Shown: positions 35,811 through 44,837 of the stretch, piece by piece
Numbering within the stretch: the first letter of the stretch is position 1
Layout of the letters: each line of letters begins with the position of its first letter
Assembly (NCBI GenBank): GCA_964392305.1
Contig: CAYMPV010000029.1
Location: 3,171 to 67,170 of the forward strand
From: an uncultured candidatus Brocadiaceae bacterium
GTDB lineage: Bacteria > Planctomycetota > UBA1135 > UBA2386
Direction of reading: 5' to 3'
Length of the DNA stretch: 64,000 nt
Made by a program: the position numbers and the translations under genes
The notes under the pieces: model-generated
Database searches by the model: none
What the model was told of the DNA's origin: nothing
What the model saw: the letters and a program-made list of their open reading frames with translations, nothing else

Positions 35811-38579
35811 ATGACTCCGCCCGCCGCGCGCTCGTTGCTCCCGTTGTTGTTGCTGCTGGCGCCGCTCGCGGCGCAGGTGCCCGATCCCGCGCCGGTGGCG
35901 CCGCTGGTGTTGATGCCCGGGGTCACCTACGACCCGGCCATCCCGACGTTGCAGCAGGTGGTCGGTCACGCGACGGGTGAGGAGATCACGGCGCACGCGC
36001 AGGTCGAGAAGTACCTGCAGGCGCTGGTCGCCGCGTCGCGGCGCATGCGCCTGGTCGAGTTCGGGCAGAGCTGGCAGGGGCGCAAGCTCTACTACGCGGT
36101 CGTCGCCAGCGAGGCCAACCTGGCGCGCCTGCCGCAGATCCAGGTCGGCATGCAACGGCTCGCCGACCCGCGCGGTCTCGCCGACGATGAGGCCGAACGG
36201 CTGCTCGGTGGGTTGCCGGCCGTGGGCTGGCTCGCCAACTGCGTGCACGGGGACGAGCCGTCGGGCACCGATGCGGCGCTGCAGGTGCTCTATCATCTGC
36301 TCGCGGCGCAGAACGATCCGGTCGTCGACAAGGTGTTCGCCGAATGTGTGGTGCTGGTCGACCCGCTGCAGAACCCGGACGGTCGTGATCGGTTCGTTCA
36401 CTACACGCGGCAGGCGCGCGGCCGTTGGGCCGATGCGACGCCGCTCGGCGCCGAACACAGCCAGCCGTGGCCCACCGGCCGCAGCAACCACGCGTTGTTC
36501 GACATGAACCGCGACTGGTTCGCGCAGACCCAACCCGAGTCGCAGGCGCGCATCCGGGCGTTCATGGACTTCTGGCCGCTGGTCTACGTCGACCTGCACG
36601 AGATGGGCGGCAACTCGACCTACTACTTCCCGCCGCCCGCGGCACCCGTGCACAGCGAGGTCAGTGCCGGACAACGCAGCTGGCTGCAGCGTTACGGCCG
36701 CAACAACGCGCGCTGGTTCGATCGTTACGGGTTCTCGTACTTCACGCGCGAAGCCTACGACTCGTTCTATCCGGGTTATGGCGACAGCTGGCCGGCCTTC
36801 CACGGCAGCATCGGCATGACCTTCGAGATGGCCAGCGCGCGCGGCCTGGTCTACCGCCGCAACGACGACAGCCTGCTGCGTTACCGCGACGGGGTACTGC
36901 GTCACTTCGTGGCGTCGATGGCGACCTTGCAGACGCTCGCCGAAGGGCGCGCCGAGGCGTTGCGTTCGTTCTACGAACACCGCCGCGCCGGCGTGGCGCG
37001 GGGCGAACGCGGGCCGGTGCGTGAGTACGTGTTTCCCGCCCAGGGTGACCGCACCCGCCTGGCCAGGTTGGCCAACCTGCTGCTGCAGCAGGGCATCGAA
37101 GTGCACGAGGCGACCGGCGAACTGCGCGCGGCGGCGGCGAGCCCGGTCGGCGGTGGTGAGCCGCAGCAGATGGTGTTCCCCGCGGGTTCGTTCGTGGTGT
37201 CGCTGACGCAGCCGGCCAGCACGCTGGCGCACGTGCTGATCGAACCGCATTTCGACATGGACCCCGAGTTCCTCGCCGAGCAGAAGCGGCGTGAGGCGCG
37301 GCGCCTGGACACCGAGTTCTACGACCTGACCGCGTGGTCGCTGCCGCTGCTGTTCGGCGTACCGGTCTGGCAGACCGCGCAGTCGTGCAGCGGCGACCGG
37401 CGCCTGCTGCGGCCCGGTGAGGCGAGGGCCGGTCAGGAAGCGCTGCGTGAGCAGCCACCCGCGGTCGCGTACCTGATCGCGTGGGGCGACAACGGCGCCG
37501 CGGCGCTGCTCGCCGACCTGCTGCGCGGCGGCGTCAAGGTGCGTTGCATCGATCGCAAGTTCGTGCACGAGGGACGTGAGTATCCGGCCGGCTCGCTGGT
37601 GGTGCGGGTCGGTGGCCAACCGCCCGAGCTGCATGCCCGTCTGCGCGAACTCGCGACCGCGCATGGCGTCACGGTGCGCTGCGCCGACTCGTCGTGGGTC
37701 GACAGCGGTCCCGACTTCGGCAGCAACCGCTCGAACGTGCTCATGGTGCCGCGCGTGCTGATGTTGTGGGACCGCCCCGTCAACGCCTACTCCGCCGGCT
37801 GGGTGCGGTACCTGCTCGAGCAGCGTTATGGCGTGCCGGTGACGCCGGTGCGCACCCACGACCTGGCGCGGGTCGAACTCGACCGCTTCACGGTGATGAT
37901 CCTGCCCGAAGGCAGCGGCTACGGCGACGTGCTCGGCGAGCGTGGCACCAAGGCGATCGTCGGCTTCGTCGAACGCGGCGGTGTGTTGATCACGCTCGGC
38001 AGCGCGACGCGGTGGCTCACCGGCAAGGACGTCGGCTTGTTGGCGAGCGAGGAGGAGCCGCGGCGCAAGGCGGGCAAGGGGCAGGCTGCTGACGGGCCCA
38101 AGGGAGAGGCCGCTGACCAGCCGGCGACCGAGCCCGAACGCAAAGCCGAGCCGGGCGAGAAGAAGGTCGCGAACGCGGACGCGCCGTTCGACTACGACGC
38201 CGCCATCCGCCCCGAGAAGGAGTCACCGCCGGCGGTGCCGGGTGCGATCCTCGAAGTGAAGGTCGATCCCGATCACTGGCTCGGCTTCGGTTACCACGGC
38301 AGCGCGTTCGTCGTGCACGACTCGTCCAACATCCTGACGCCGGTCAAGCTCGATCGCGGCACCAACGTCGCGATCTACGCGCCCGAAGCCGAGCTGGTGC
38401 GCGCCGGCTTCGTCTGGGACGAAACGAAGAAGCAGCTGCCGCAGAAGGCCTATCTCGTGCACCAGCCGCGCGGTCGCGGCCACGTCGTCGCGTTCGCCGA
38501 AGACCCCAACGTGCGCGCATTCGCCGACGGGCTCAATCTGTTGTTGCTCAACGCCGTGTTGCTGACCGCAGGCCGGTGA
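35811..38579 (+). CDS. M14-family zinc carboxypeptidase, secreted, with a long C-terminal extension
   Basis: Signal MTPPAARSLLPLLLLLAPLAAQ (ATG at 35811; GTG at 35805 is also possible). LANCVHGDEPSG (HxxE zinc site), DPLQNPDGRD, DLHEMGG. Confidence 0.85.
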   Translation: MTPPAARSLLPLLLLLAPLAAQVPDPAPVAPLVLMPGVTYDPAIPTLQQVVGHATGEEITAHAQVEKYLQALVAASRRMRLVEFGQSWQGRKLYYAVVASEANLARLPQIQVGMQRLADPRGLADDEAERLLGGLPAVGWLANCVHGDEPSGTDAALQVLYHLLAAQNDPVVDKVFAECVVLVDPLQNPDGRDRFVHYTRQARGRWADATPLGAEHSQPWPTGRSNHALFDMNRDWFAQTQPESQARIRAFMDFWPLVYVDLHEMGGNSTYYFPPPAAPVHSEVSAGQRSWLQRYGRNNARWFDRYGFSYFTREAYDSFYPGYGDSWPAFHGSIGMTFEMASARGLVYRRNDDSLLRYRDGVLRHFVASMATLQTLAEGRAEALRSFYEHRRAGVARGERGPVREYVFPAQGDRTRLARLANLLLQQGIEVHEATGELRAAAASPVGGGEPQQMVFPAGSFVVSLTQPASTLAHVLIEPHFDMDPEFLAEQKRREARRLDTEFYDLTAWSLPLLFGVPVWQTAQSCSGDRRLLRPGEARAGQEALREQPPAVAYLIAWGDNGAAALLADLLRGGVKVRCIDRKFVHEGREYPAGSLVVRVGGQPPELHARLRELATAHGVTVRCADSSWVDSGPDFGSNRSNVLMVPRVLMLWDRPVNAYSAGWVRYLLEQRYGVPVTPVRTHDLARVELDRFTVMILPEGSGYGDVLGERGTKAIVGFVERGGVLITLGSATRWLTGKDVGLLASEEEPRRKAGKGQAADGPKGEAADQPATEPERKAEPGEKKVANADAPFDYDAAIRPEKESPPAVPGAILEVKVDPDHWLGFGYHGSAFVVHDSSNILTPVKLDRGTNVAIYAPEAELVRAGFVWDETKKQLPQKAYLVHQPRGRGHVVAFAEDPNVRAFADGLNLLLLNAVLLTAGR

Positions 38580-39325
38580 CCGCGGCGCTGCAGTTCGAAG
38601 GGATCTCGTTCGCGCCGCCACACCGCCGCGGCGGAGACCGGTTCGCGATCGCAGCGCTGGATCTCGCGGTGGCCCGCGGCGAGTGGCTGGCGCTGCTCGG
38701 CCCGAGCGGCAGCGGCAAGACCACCCTGCTGCGCCTGGCGCTGCGACTGCTCGAACCGACGTCCGGCACGATCCGGCTCGGTGGTGCACTTGCCGCGCAA
38801 CTCGATCCGGTGTCGTGGCGCAGGCGGCTGGGTTACGTGCCGCAGTCCGGCGGTCTGTTCCCCAACTTGTCGGTGCGCGACAACGTCGGGTTGGTCGCTG
38901 CGGTGCGCGGCGACGATCGAACGTCGCTGCGGGCGCGCAGCGACGAACTGCTCGAGCGGGTGCGGCTGCCGGCGGCCCAGTTCGGCGAACGGCGCCCGCA
39001 GACGCTGTCGGGTGGTCAGCGGCAGCGCGTCGCGTTGGCCCGCGCGCTGCAACTCGATCCCGAGGTGCTGCTGTTCGACGAGCCGTTCGGGGCGCTCGAT
39101 CCGGTGACGCGCACCGAGCTGCGCCGCGAGCTGCGGCAGCTGCCGGCGCTGGCGGGTCGCACCGCCGTGCTGGTCACGCACGACCTCGACGAGGCCTTCG
39201 AGCTGGCCGACCGCATCGCCCTGCTCGACGCCGGCTCGATCGTGCAGGTCGGCACCGGAGCCGAGCTGCGGGCTCGACCCGCGACGCCGTGGGTGACGCG
39301 GTTCCTGTCGGGAGGGGCGCGATGA
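38576..39325 (+). CDS. ABC transporter ATP-binding protein (osmoprotectant/Opu-type by context)
   Basis: The GTG start overlaps the M14 stop (GTGA). LLGPSGSGKTT, LSGGQRQRVALARAL, LLFDEPFGALD, VTHD. Confidence 0.9.
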   Translation: MTAALQFEGISFAPPHRRGGDRFAIAALDLAVARGEWLALLGPSGSGKTTLLRLALRLLEPTSGTIRLGGALAAQLDPVSWRRRLGYVPQSGGLFPNLSVRDNVGLVAAVRGDDRTSLRARSDELLERVRLPAAQFGERRPQTLSGGQRQRVALARALQLDPEVLLFDEPFGALDPVTRTELRRELRQLPALAGRTAVLVTHDLDEAFELADRIALLDAGSIVQVGTGAELRARPATPWVTRFLSGGAR

Positions 39326-40914
39326 ACGCACGCCGTCTCGCCGTGGTGCCGGCGCTGCTGCTGCTGTCGGTCTGGTGTGCGGCGCAACAACCCGGCCGCT
39401 TCGTGGTCGGCAGCAAGGACTTCACCGAATCGCACGTGCTCGCCGAACTGATGGCCAGGGTGATCGCCGCGCACACCGACCTGCAGGTCGAGGTGAGGGC
39501 CGGCCTCGGCGGCACCATGACCTGCCTCGCGGCGCTGCGCAGCGGCGAGATCGACGCCTACGCGGAATACACGGGCACGGGCTGGGCGGTGGTGCTCGGG
39601 CAGCAAGGCGTTCCCGGCGGCGCGCTGCAGACGTTCCTGCGCGTGCAGCAGGCGACCCGCGAACGACACGACCTCGAATGGCTCACGCCGTTCGGCTTCG
39701 CCAACGGCTACGCGCTGGCGATGCGTGAAGCGCACGCCGAAGTGCTCGGCGTACGTTCGATGTCCGACCTCGCGCGGGTCGCCAAGGAGCTGCGCGCGGC
39801 GTTGAGCATCGAGTTCCACGAACGCGCCGACGGCTGGCCGGGGCTGCGCGAACGCTACGCGATGGCGTTCGCCGAGGTGCGCACGATCGAACACGCACTG
39901 GCCTATCAGGCGATCACCGCCGAGGCCGTCGACGTCATCGATGTCTACACCACGGACGGCAAGCTGCTCGGCCTGCCGCTGCGGGTGCTCGTCGACGACC
40001 TGCAGTTCTTTCCGCCCTACGACGCCGCGCCGGTGGTGCGCGGTCCGGCCCTGCGCACGCACCCCGAGGTGGGCACCGCGCTGCAGCGATTGGCTTTCGC
40101 GCTGACCGATCGTGACATGATCGAACTCAACCACCGGGCCGAGGCTTCGGGTGGGCGCATCGGCGACGTCGCCGCGGCCTGGCTCGAACAGCGGGGGTTG
40201 CTCGGCGCGGCGGCGGCGGCGCGCGATGAGGTGCAGCGGCGGTCGCTGGCCGAGTTCCTGCAGGCGCGGGCCGGTGGCCTGCTCGCGCGCTGTCTCGAAC
40301 ACCTGTTGTTGGCGTTGTCGGCGGTGCTGTTGGCGACGCTGGCCGCCGTGCCGCTGGCGATCTGGGCGCGACATCGGCCGCGCGCGGAGCGGTTGCTGCT
40401 CGGCTTCGCCGGGGTGATGCAGACCGTGCCGAGCCTGGCGCTGCTCGCGTTCCTGGTGGCGGTGCCGGGGCTGGGGCTGTCGCTGCGTTCCGCGGTGCTG
40501 GCGCTGTTCCTGTACGCGCTGCTGCCGATCGTGCGCAACACGCTCGCCGGCCTGCGGTCGGTGTCACCCGAGTTGCGTGAGACGGCGATGGCGATCGGTC
40601 TGTCGCCGGCGCAGAGCCTGCGACGGGTCGAGCTGCCGTTGGCGATGCCGACGATCGCCGCGGGTGTGCGCATCGCCACGGTGACCAGCATCGGTGTGGC
40701 GACGCTGGCCGCGTTCCTGGGCGCCGGGGGCCTGGGCGAGCCGATCCTGCAAGGGCTGTATCTCGCCGACGTGCGTCTGGTGCTGCTCGGTGCGGTGCCG
40801 GCGGCGGCGCTGGCGCTGCTCGCCGACGCGTGGCTGGGTCGCGTCGCGCGGCGGCTGTCGCCGACCGACGGTGACGCGCACGCCGATCAGGAACGCGACC
40901 AGCGCAGCGCGTAG
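39322..40914 (+). CDS. fused substrate-binding protein and permease of a glycine betaine/choline-type ABC transporter
   Basis: ATG overlaps the ATPase stop (ATGA). Signal ending CAAQQ. OpuAC-like SBP motifs (VVGSKDFTESHVLAELMA, GEIDAYAEYTGTGW, FFPPYDAAPVV). BPD permease half with the EAA-like motif RETAMAIGLSPAQSLRRVELPLAMPTI. Confidence 0.85.
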   Translation: MNARRLAVVPALLLLSVWCAAQQPGRFVVGSKDFTESHVLAELMARVIAAHTDLQVEVRAGLGGTMTCLAALRSGEIDAYAEYTGTGWAVVLGQQGVPGGALQTFLRVQQATRERHDLEWLTPFGFANGYALAMREAHAEVLGVRSMSDLARVAKELRAALSIEFHERADGWPGLRERYAMAFAEVRTIEHALAYQAITAEAVDVIDVYTTDGKLLGLPLRVLVDDLQFFPPYDAAPVVRGPALRTHPEVGTALQRLAFALTDRDMIELNHRAEASGGRIGDVAAAWLEQRGLLGAAAAARDEVQRRSLAEFLQARAGGLLARCLEHLLLALSAVLLATLAAVPLAIWARHRPRAERLLLGFAGVMQTVPSLALLAFLVAVPGLGLSLRSAVLALFLYALLPIVRNTLAGLRSVSPELRETAMAIGLSPAQSLRRVELPLAMPTIAAGVRIATVTSIGVATLAAFLGAGGLGEPILQGLYLADVRLVLLGAVPAAALALLADAWLGRVARRLSPTDGDAHADQERDQRSA

Positions 40915-41507
40915 TTCTCGGTCAGGCCGAGGGCGCATTCCTCGCGCAGCACGAACCCGGCGGCGGCGATCTCGGCGCAGACCGTGGCCTTGTCGGCGCG
41001 CACGTGCTCGACGATGAACTCTCGACTGACTCCGGGGATGCGCTCGAAGTCGACCACGAACAGTTCGCCGCCGGGTCGCAGCACCGAGTGCAGGTCGATG
41101 AGCATCGCCTGCGGAAACTCGAGGTGATGGTAGGTGTCGCAGATCAGCACCCGATCGGCGCATCCGGCCGGCAGGCCGGTGGTCTGCATGCTGCATCGCC
41201 GCGCGCTGATGTTCGGCAACCGCAGCGCCGCCGTCAGCCGCTGCAGCTGCGCGACGAAGGCCGGCACGGGATCGAGCGCCAAGACCTCGCCGGTGGGCCC
41301 GACGGCGCGCGCCAGCAGTTCGGTGAACACGCCGGTGCCGGCGCCGAGATCGACCACCGTCTCCCCGGCCCGCGCGCCGAACGCCGAGACGATCGCGTCG
41401 CGGTGCACGTAGACGTCGCGGGTGTCGGCGGTGAAGCGCGCCTGCATGTTCGCCACGTCGAGATCCGGCGCCAGGAAGTCGCGGTTGATGTCCGGGCGGA
41501 TACTCAT
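40887..41507 (-). CDS. class I SAM-dependent methyltransferase
   Basis: ATG at 41507. VVDLGAGTGVFT (motif I), VLALDP, VLICDTYHH, LRPGGELFVVD. The 3' end overlaps the convergent permease gene by 28 nt. Confidence 0.8.
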   Translation of the reverse strand: MSIRPDINRDFLAPDLDVANMQARFTADTRDVYVHRDAIVSAFGARAGETVVDLGAGTGVFTELLARAVGPTGEVLALDPVPAFVAQLQRLTAALRLPNISARRCSMQTTGLPAGCADRVLICDTYHHLEFPQAMLIDLHSVLRPGGELFVVDFERIPGVSREFIVEHVRADKATVCAEIAAAGFVLREECALGLTENYALRWSRS

Positions 41508-41565
41508 GGTCCGGTGGGCACGCGAGGCGTGCAGTCGTCGTGTCGCGTCGGCATCATGCGGGCCC

Positions 41566-42600
41566 GTGTCCTCGCCGCCAACCGATCCTTCGCCGCGCTC
41601 CCACGTCGGCATCGCGCTGACCTCGCTGGTGGTGGCCGTGCTGCTGCTCGGGGTGAAGTTCTGGGCCTACTACCTGACCGGGTCGCAGGCGGTGCTCGGC
41701 GATGCGCTCGAGTCGATCGTCAACGTGATCGCGGCGGCGTTCGCGCTGACCGTCGTGGCCTACGCCGGCCGACCCGCGGACCGCGACCACCCGTTCGGGC
41801 ACGGCAAGGTCGAGTTCTTCTCGGCGTTCCTCGAAGGCAGCCTGGTGGCGATCGCGGCGGTGCTGATCCTGTGGCAGGCCACGTCGGCGCTGTTGCGCGG
41901 CGTGCAGCTCGAGCAGCTCGACCTGGGCCTTGCCCTGACGTTCGGCGCCGGCGTGGCCAACGGCTTGCTCGGCCTGTGGCTGGTGCGCTACGGCAAGCGT
42001 CATCACTCGGCGGCGATCGAAGCCGACGGCCACCACGTGCTGTCCGACTTCTGGACCAGCGTCGCAGTGGTGCTCGGCCTGGGCCTGGTGCGTCTCACCG
42101 GGCTGGCCTGGCTCGATCCGGCGGTGGCCGCGTTGATGGCGTTCTGGCTGCTCTACACCGGGTACCGGATCGTGCGCCGCGCGGCCGGCGCGTTGCTCGA
42201 CGAAGAGGACCCGGTTCTGTTGCAGCAACTGGTCGCCGTGCTCGCGCCGCGCGTGCGCGACGGCGTGATCCGCATCCATCACCTGCGGGCGATCCGCTCG
42301 GGCCGGTTCCGCCACGTCAGCGCGCACCTCGTCGTGCCCGAGTTCTGGACCGTCGAGCGTGCCCACGACGCCGCCGAAGCGCTCGCCGCGGAAGTGCTCG
42401 CCGAGCTGCCGGGCGAAGGCGACATCGACTTCCACACCGACCCGTGTGAACGCGCCTACTGCGCGATGTGTGACTTCGAGCCGTGTTCGGTGCGGCGCGA
42501 GGCGTTCACCGGCATGCGGCCGTTGACGGTCGACGAGGCCGTGTTGCCCGATCCCGATGTGCACGCGCAGCCGTCGCTGCGGCCGCGCGAGCGGGCCTGA
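41566..42600 (+). CDS. cation diffusion facilitator (CDF) family transporter
   Basis: KFWAYYLTGSQAVLGDALESIVNV, DRDHPFGHGKVEFFSA, HVLSDFWTS, plus a C-terminal cytoplasmic domain. The start is uncertain: GTG at 41566, or ATG at 41506, which would overlap the divergent methyltransferase start. Confidence 0.85.
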   Translation: MSSPPTDPSPRSHVGIALTSLVVAVLLLGVKFWAYYLTGSQAVLGDALESIVNVIAAAFALTVVAYAGRPADRDHPFGHGKVEFFSAFLEGSLVAIAAVLILWQATSALLRGVQLEQLDLGLALTFGAGVANGLLGLWLVRYGKRHHSAAIEADGHHVLSDFWTSVAVVLGLGLVRLTGLAWLDPAVAALMAFWLLYTGYRIVRRAAGALLDEEDPVLLQQLVAVLAPRVRDGVIRIHHLRAIRSGRFRHVSAHLVVPEFWTVERAHDAAEALAAEVLAELPGEGDIDFHTDPCERAYCAMCDFEPCSVRREAFTGMRPLTVDEAVLPDPDVHAQPSLRPRERA

Positions 42601-42604
42601 CGGC

Positions 42605-44155
42605 TCACCAGCGCAGCGTCTCGATCGTGGTCAGCGTCGCGCTCGCGCCCTGGCCGCCGAGCAGCAGCACCGTGCCGTCGGGCAGCAGCGCGCTGTTGTG
42701 GCCGCTGCGCGGCGAGGTCAGGTTGGGCAACGGCGACCAGCTGTTGGTGTTCGGGTCGAACAGTTCGACGCCGTCGATGCTGGCGGGGGTCGTCAACGTG
42801 CCCTGCGCGCCGCCGCAGACGACGACGCGGCCGTCGGCGAGTCGGGTGGCCGAGTGCAGCGCCCGCGCCGTGCTCATGTTCGCGGTCGACCAGCTGTTGG
42901 TGGTCGGGTTGTAGAGCTCGGCGCCGACGATCGGCGCCGCGTTGGCGGCGCCGGCGAGGTTGGGCACGTTGGTGCCGCCCGTCATCAGCACGCGGCCGTC
43001 GTTCAGCGTCACCTGGTTGTACTGATGGCCGGCGCGTCCCTGGCTCATGTTCGGGCCGTTGCTCCAGGCGTTGGTGTTGGGGTTCCAGCGCTGCACGTTG
43101 GGCGTGCTCACCGCCGAGATCGGGATGCCGAACAGCAGGCCGACCTCGACGCCGCCACTGACCATCACCTGGTTGTTGCTCAGCAGCGTCAGCGCCGGCG
43201 CCAGGCGGCGACCGCCGATGTTGGGTGCGCTGCTCCACGTGCCCGTAGCCGGGTTGAAGATCTCGGCCGAGTTCAGCGTGCTGGTGATCGCGGTGACCGT
43301 GTCGACCAGGCTCGAAGTGCCACCCGCGACCATGACGCGGCCGTCGGCGAGCAGGCAGGCGGCGTGCAGCACGCGCGCCGTCGCCATGCTGCCGGTGTTG
43401 CTGAAGCTGTTGGTCGCCGGGTTGTAGATCTCACACGAAGACAACACGGTGCCGGTGTCGTCGGCGCCGCCGATGACCAGCACGCGGCCGTCGTTGAGCG
43501 TGACCGGCAGGTGCAACGCGCGCGCCGTGCCCATCGTCGCGCCCGCGCTCACCGTCATCGTGCGGAAGTTCCAGCGTTCGCTGGTGGCCAGGCCGGTCGC
43601 CGAGGTCAGGCTGCCCGAGCCACCGCCCGCGACGAGGAAGTCACCGGCGCCCGCGTCGTTGTCGCGATCGAAGAAGCCGGCGCCGAACGCGCGGCCCGCG
43701 AGCAGTGCCGCCGGCGCGAGCAGGCCCTGGCCGGCGATGCTGGCCTGGGTGCGCACGGCGTTGGAGATCTGCCCGATCACCGGCCCGCTGCTGTTCAGCA
43801 TCAGCGTCTGCCAGGAGAACCGCAGGTCGTGGTAGGCGGGATCGACCGGCAGGTTGAGGTTGAAGGTCGCCGCGCCGCTGCCGTTGGTGGCGTAGACGTA
43901 CCAGGCGCCGAGCAGTTCGGTGCCGACCTGCACGCTGCGCGTTTCCCCAGGCACGTAGTTGGACAGGTTGGTCGGGCCGGAGAAGAACGAGACCATCGCC
44001 ACGCCGAGGTTGTTCGCGGGTGCGTTGCTCACCGCCAGGGTCAAGGTGCTGCCGAGTGCGCCGGCGGTGCGCTTGTCGAGGTCGAAGTCGTTCTGCGCGA
44101 CGAGGATCCCGGGGAACGAACCGAGGAGGAGGAGCAGGTGCTGGCGAAGACGCAT
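42605..44155 (-). CDS. secreted Kelch-repeat beta-propeller protein with an N-terminal beta module
   Basis: Signal MRLRQHLLLLLGSFPGILVAQ. Six or more Kelch units (e.g. ARALHLPVTLNDGRVLVIGG, ARVLHAACLLADGRVMVAGG, GRAGHQYNQVTLNDGRVLMTGG, ARALHSATRLADGRVVVCGG, PRSGHNSALLPDGTVLLLGG), each followed by E(I/L)(Y/F)NP. Confidence 0.85.
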   Translation of the reverse strand: MRLRQHLLLLLGSFPGILVAQNDFDLDKRTAGALGSTLTLAVSNAPANNLGVAMVSFFSGPTNLSNYVPGETRSVQVGTELLGAWYVYATNGSGAATFNLNLPVDPAYHDLRFSWQTLMLNSSGPVIGQISNAVRTQASIAGQGLLAPAALLAGRAFGAGFFDRDNDAGAGDFLVAGGGSGSLTSATGLATSERWNFRTMTVSAGATMGTARALHLPVTLNDGRVLVIGGADDTGTVLSSCEIYNPATNSFSNTGSMATARVLHAACLLADGRVMVAGGTSSLVDTVTAITSTLNSAEIFNPATGTWSSAPNIGGRRLAPALTLLSNNQVMVSGGVEVGLLFGIPISAVSTPNVQRWNPNTNAWSNGPNMSQGRAGHQYNQVTLNDGRVLMTGGTNVPNLAGAANAAPIVGAELYNPTTNSWSTANMSTARALHSATRLADGRVVVCGGAQGTLTTPASIDGVELFDPNTNSWSPLPNLTSPRSGHNSALLPDGTVLLLGGQGASATLTTIETLRW

Positions 44156-44323
44156 GATGACTGCCTGTGGCGAGAAGTGGGGGGCGCAAGCCTAGCCGCT
44201 GGTTACGTTCGGGGTAACCGGGCAAAGCCGCGCGATGCTGCGGACCTGCACAATGGCCGCAGCGCCCGGCAATTTGGGGCTCAAGGTGGGCGCGCCGCGT
44301 CCGAGAATGAGACGGAGGTGCCG

Positions 44324-44836
44324 ATGCCAGACGATTCGGTGCACAGTGCAAGTCCGATTCCAGGGCTGGCCGGCTTCGGCGGGCGAGCGCCCATGCCAGC
44401 GGTGCGTCCCAAGGAGCATCCGCCAGAACAGCCGCCGCCCCAGGCCGGTGACGAGGTGTCTCTGCGCCACGGTCGCACGCTGGGGTTGCGCCTGCTGCGC
44501 GAACGGGTGTTGGCCAAGACCCGCGCGCGCTTGGGCCTGTCCGAGCAGGCGCATGGCCCGACCTTCGCCGAGGTGACGCAGGGCGAGCCCGTCGGCGCGT
44601 TCCTCGGCCGGCTGTTGTCGGCGCAGAACCAACTGGCCGCGCAGCGAGCGGCATCGTGGGCCGGCGCGCGGTTGCGCCAGGCGCTCGCCGACGCGCTTCA
44701 GGACGGCGCTGCCGAAACGCTCGAACTGCTGGCCGCCGAAGAAGTGCCCGACGAGGCCGCGGTGACGGTCGTGGTCGAGGTGCTCGCCGAGTTCGGTCGT
44801 CGCCTCGACGCGCTGGTCGCCGAGCTGCGACGTTGA
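44324..44836 (+). CDS. hypothetical protein (170 aa), no family recognised
   Basis: ATG at 44324 preceded by GGAGGTG. Pro-rich N-terminus and helical C-terminus. It forms the last part of the otherwise spurious 42557..44836 track ORF. Confidence 0.5.
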   Translation: MPDDSVHSASPIPGLAGFGGRAPMPAVRPKEHPPEQPPPQAGDEVSLRHGRTLGLRLLRERVLAKTRARLGLSEQAHGPTFAEVTQGEPVGAFLGRLLSAQNQLAAQRAASWAGARLRQALADALQDGAAETLELLAAEEVPDEAAVTVVVEVLAEFGRRLDALVAELRR

Positions 44837-44837
44837 T

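Noticed and set aside
33792-37859. 1355-aa ORF on the minus strand
   Set aside because: It lies antisense to the PKD protein and the M14 carboxypeptidase, both of which have signal peptides and diagnostic motifs. The translation is Arg/His/Gly-rich noise.
40887-40914. Convergent 3' overlaps (permease/methyltransferase 28 nt; also MFS/membrane protein 62820-62961, 142 nt)
   Set aside because: These are probably ordinary compact gene ends or slight miscalls in a high-GC genome where stop codons are rare. I have no evidence of regulatory meaning.
44201-44222. Short palindrome GGTTAC-N7-GTAACC in the divergent spacer between the Kelch gene and the 170-aa ORF
   Set aside because: A 6-bp arm is too short to distinguish from chance in a spacer of this size without comparative data.
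42557-44323. Upstream 589 codons of the 759-aa plus-strand ORF
   Set aside because: This part lies antisense to the Kelch-repeat gene. Only the last 170 codons, after a good RBS and ATG at 44324, look like a real gene.
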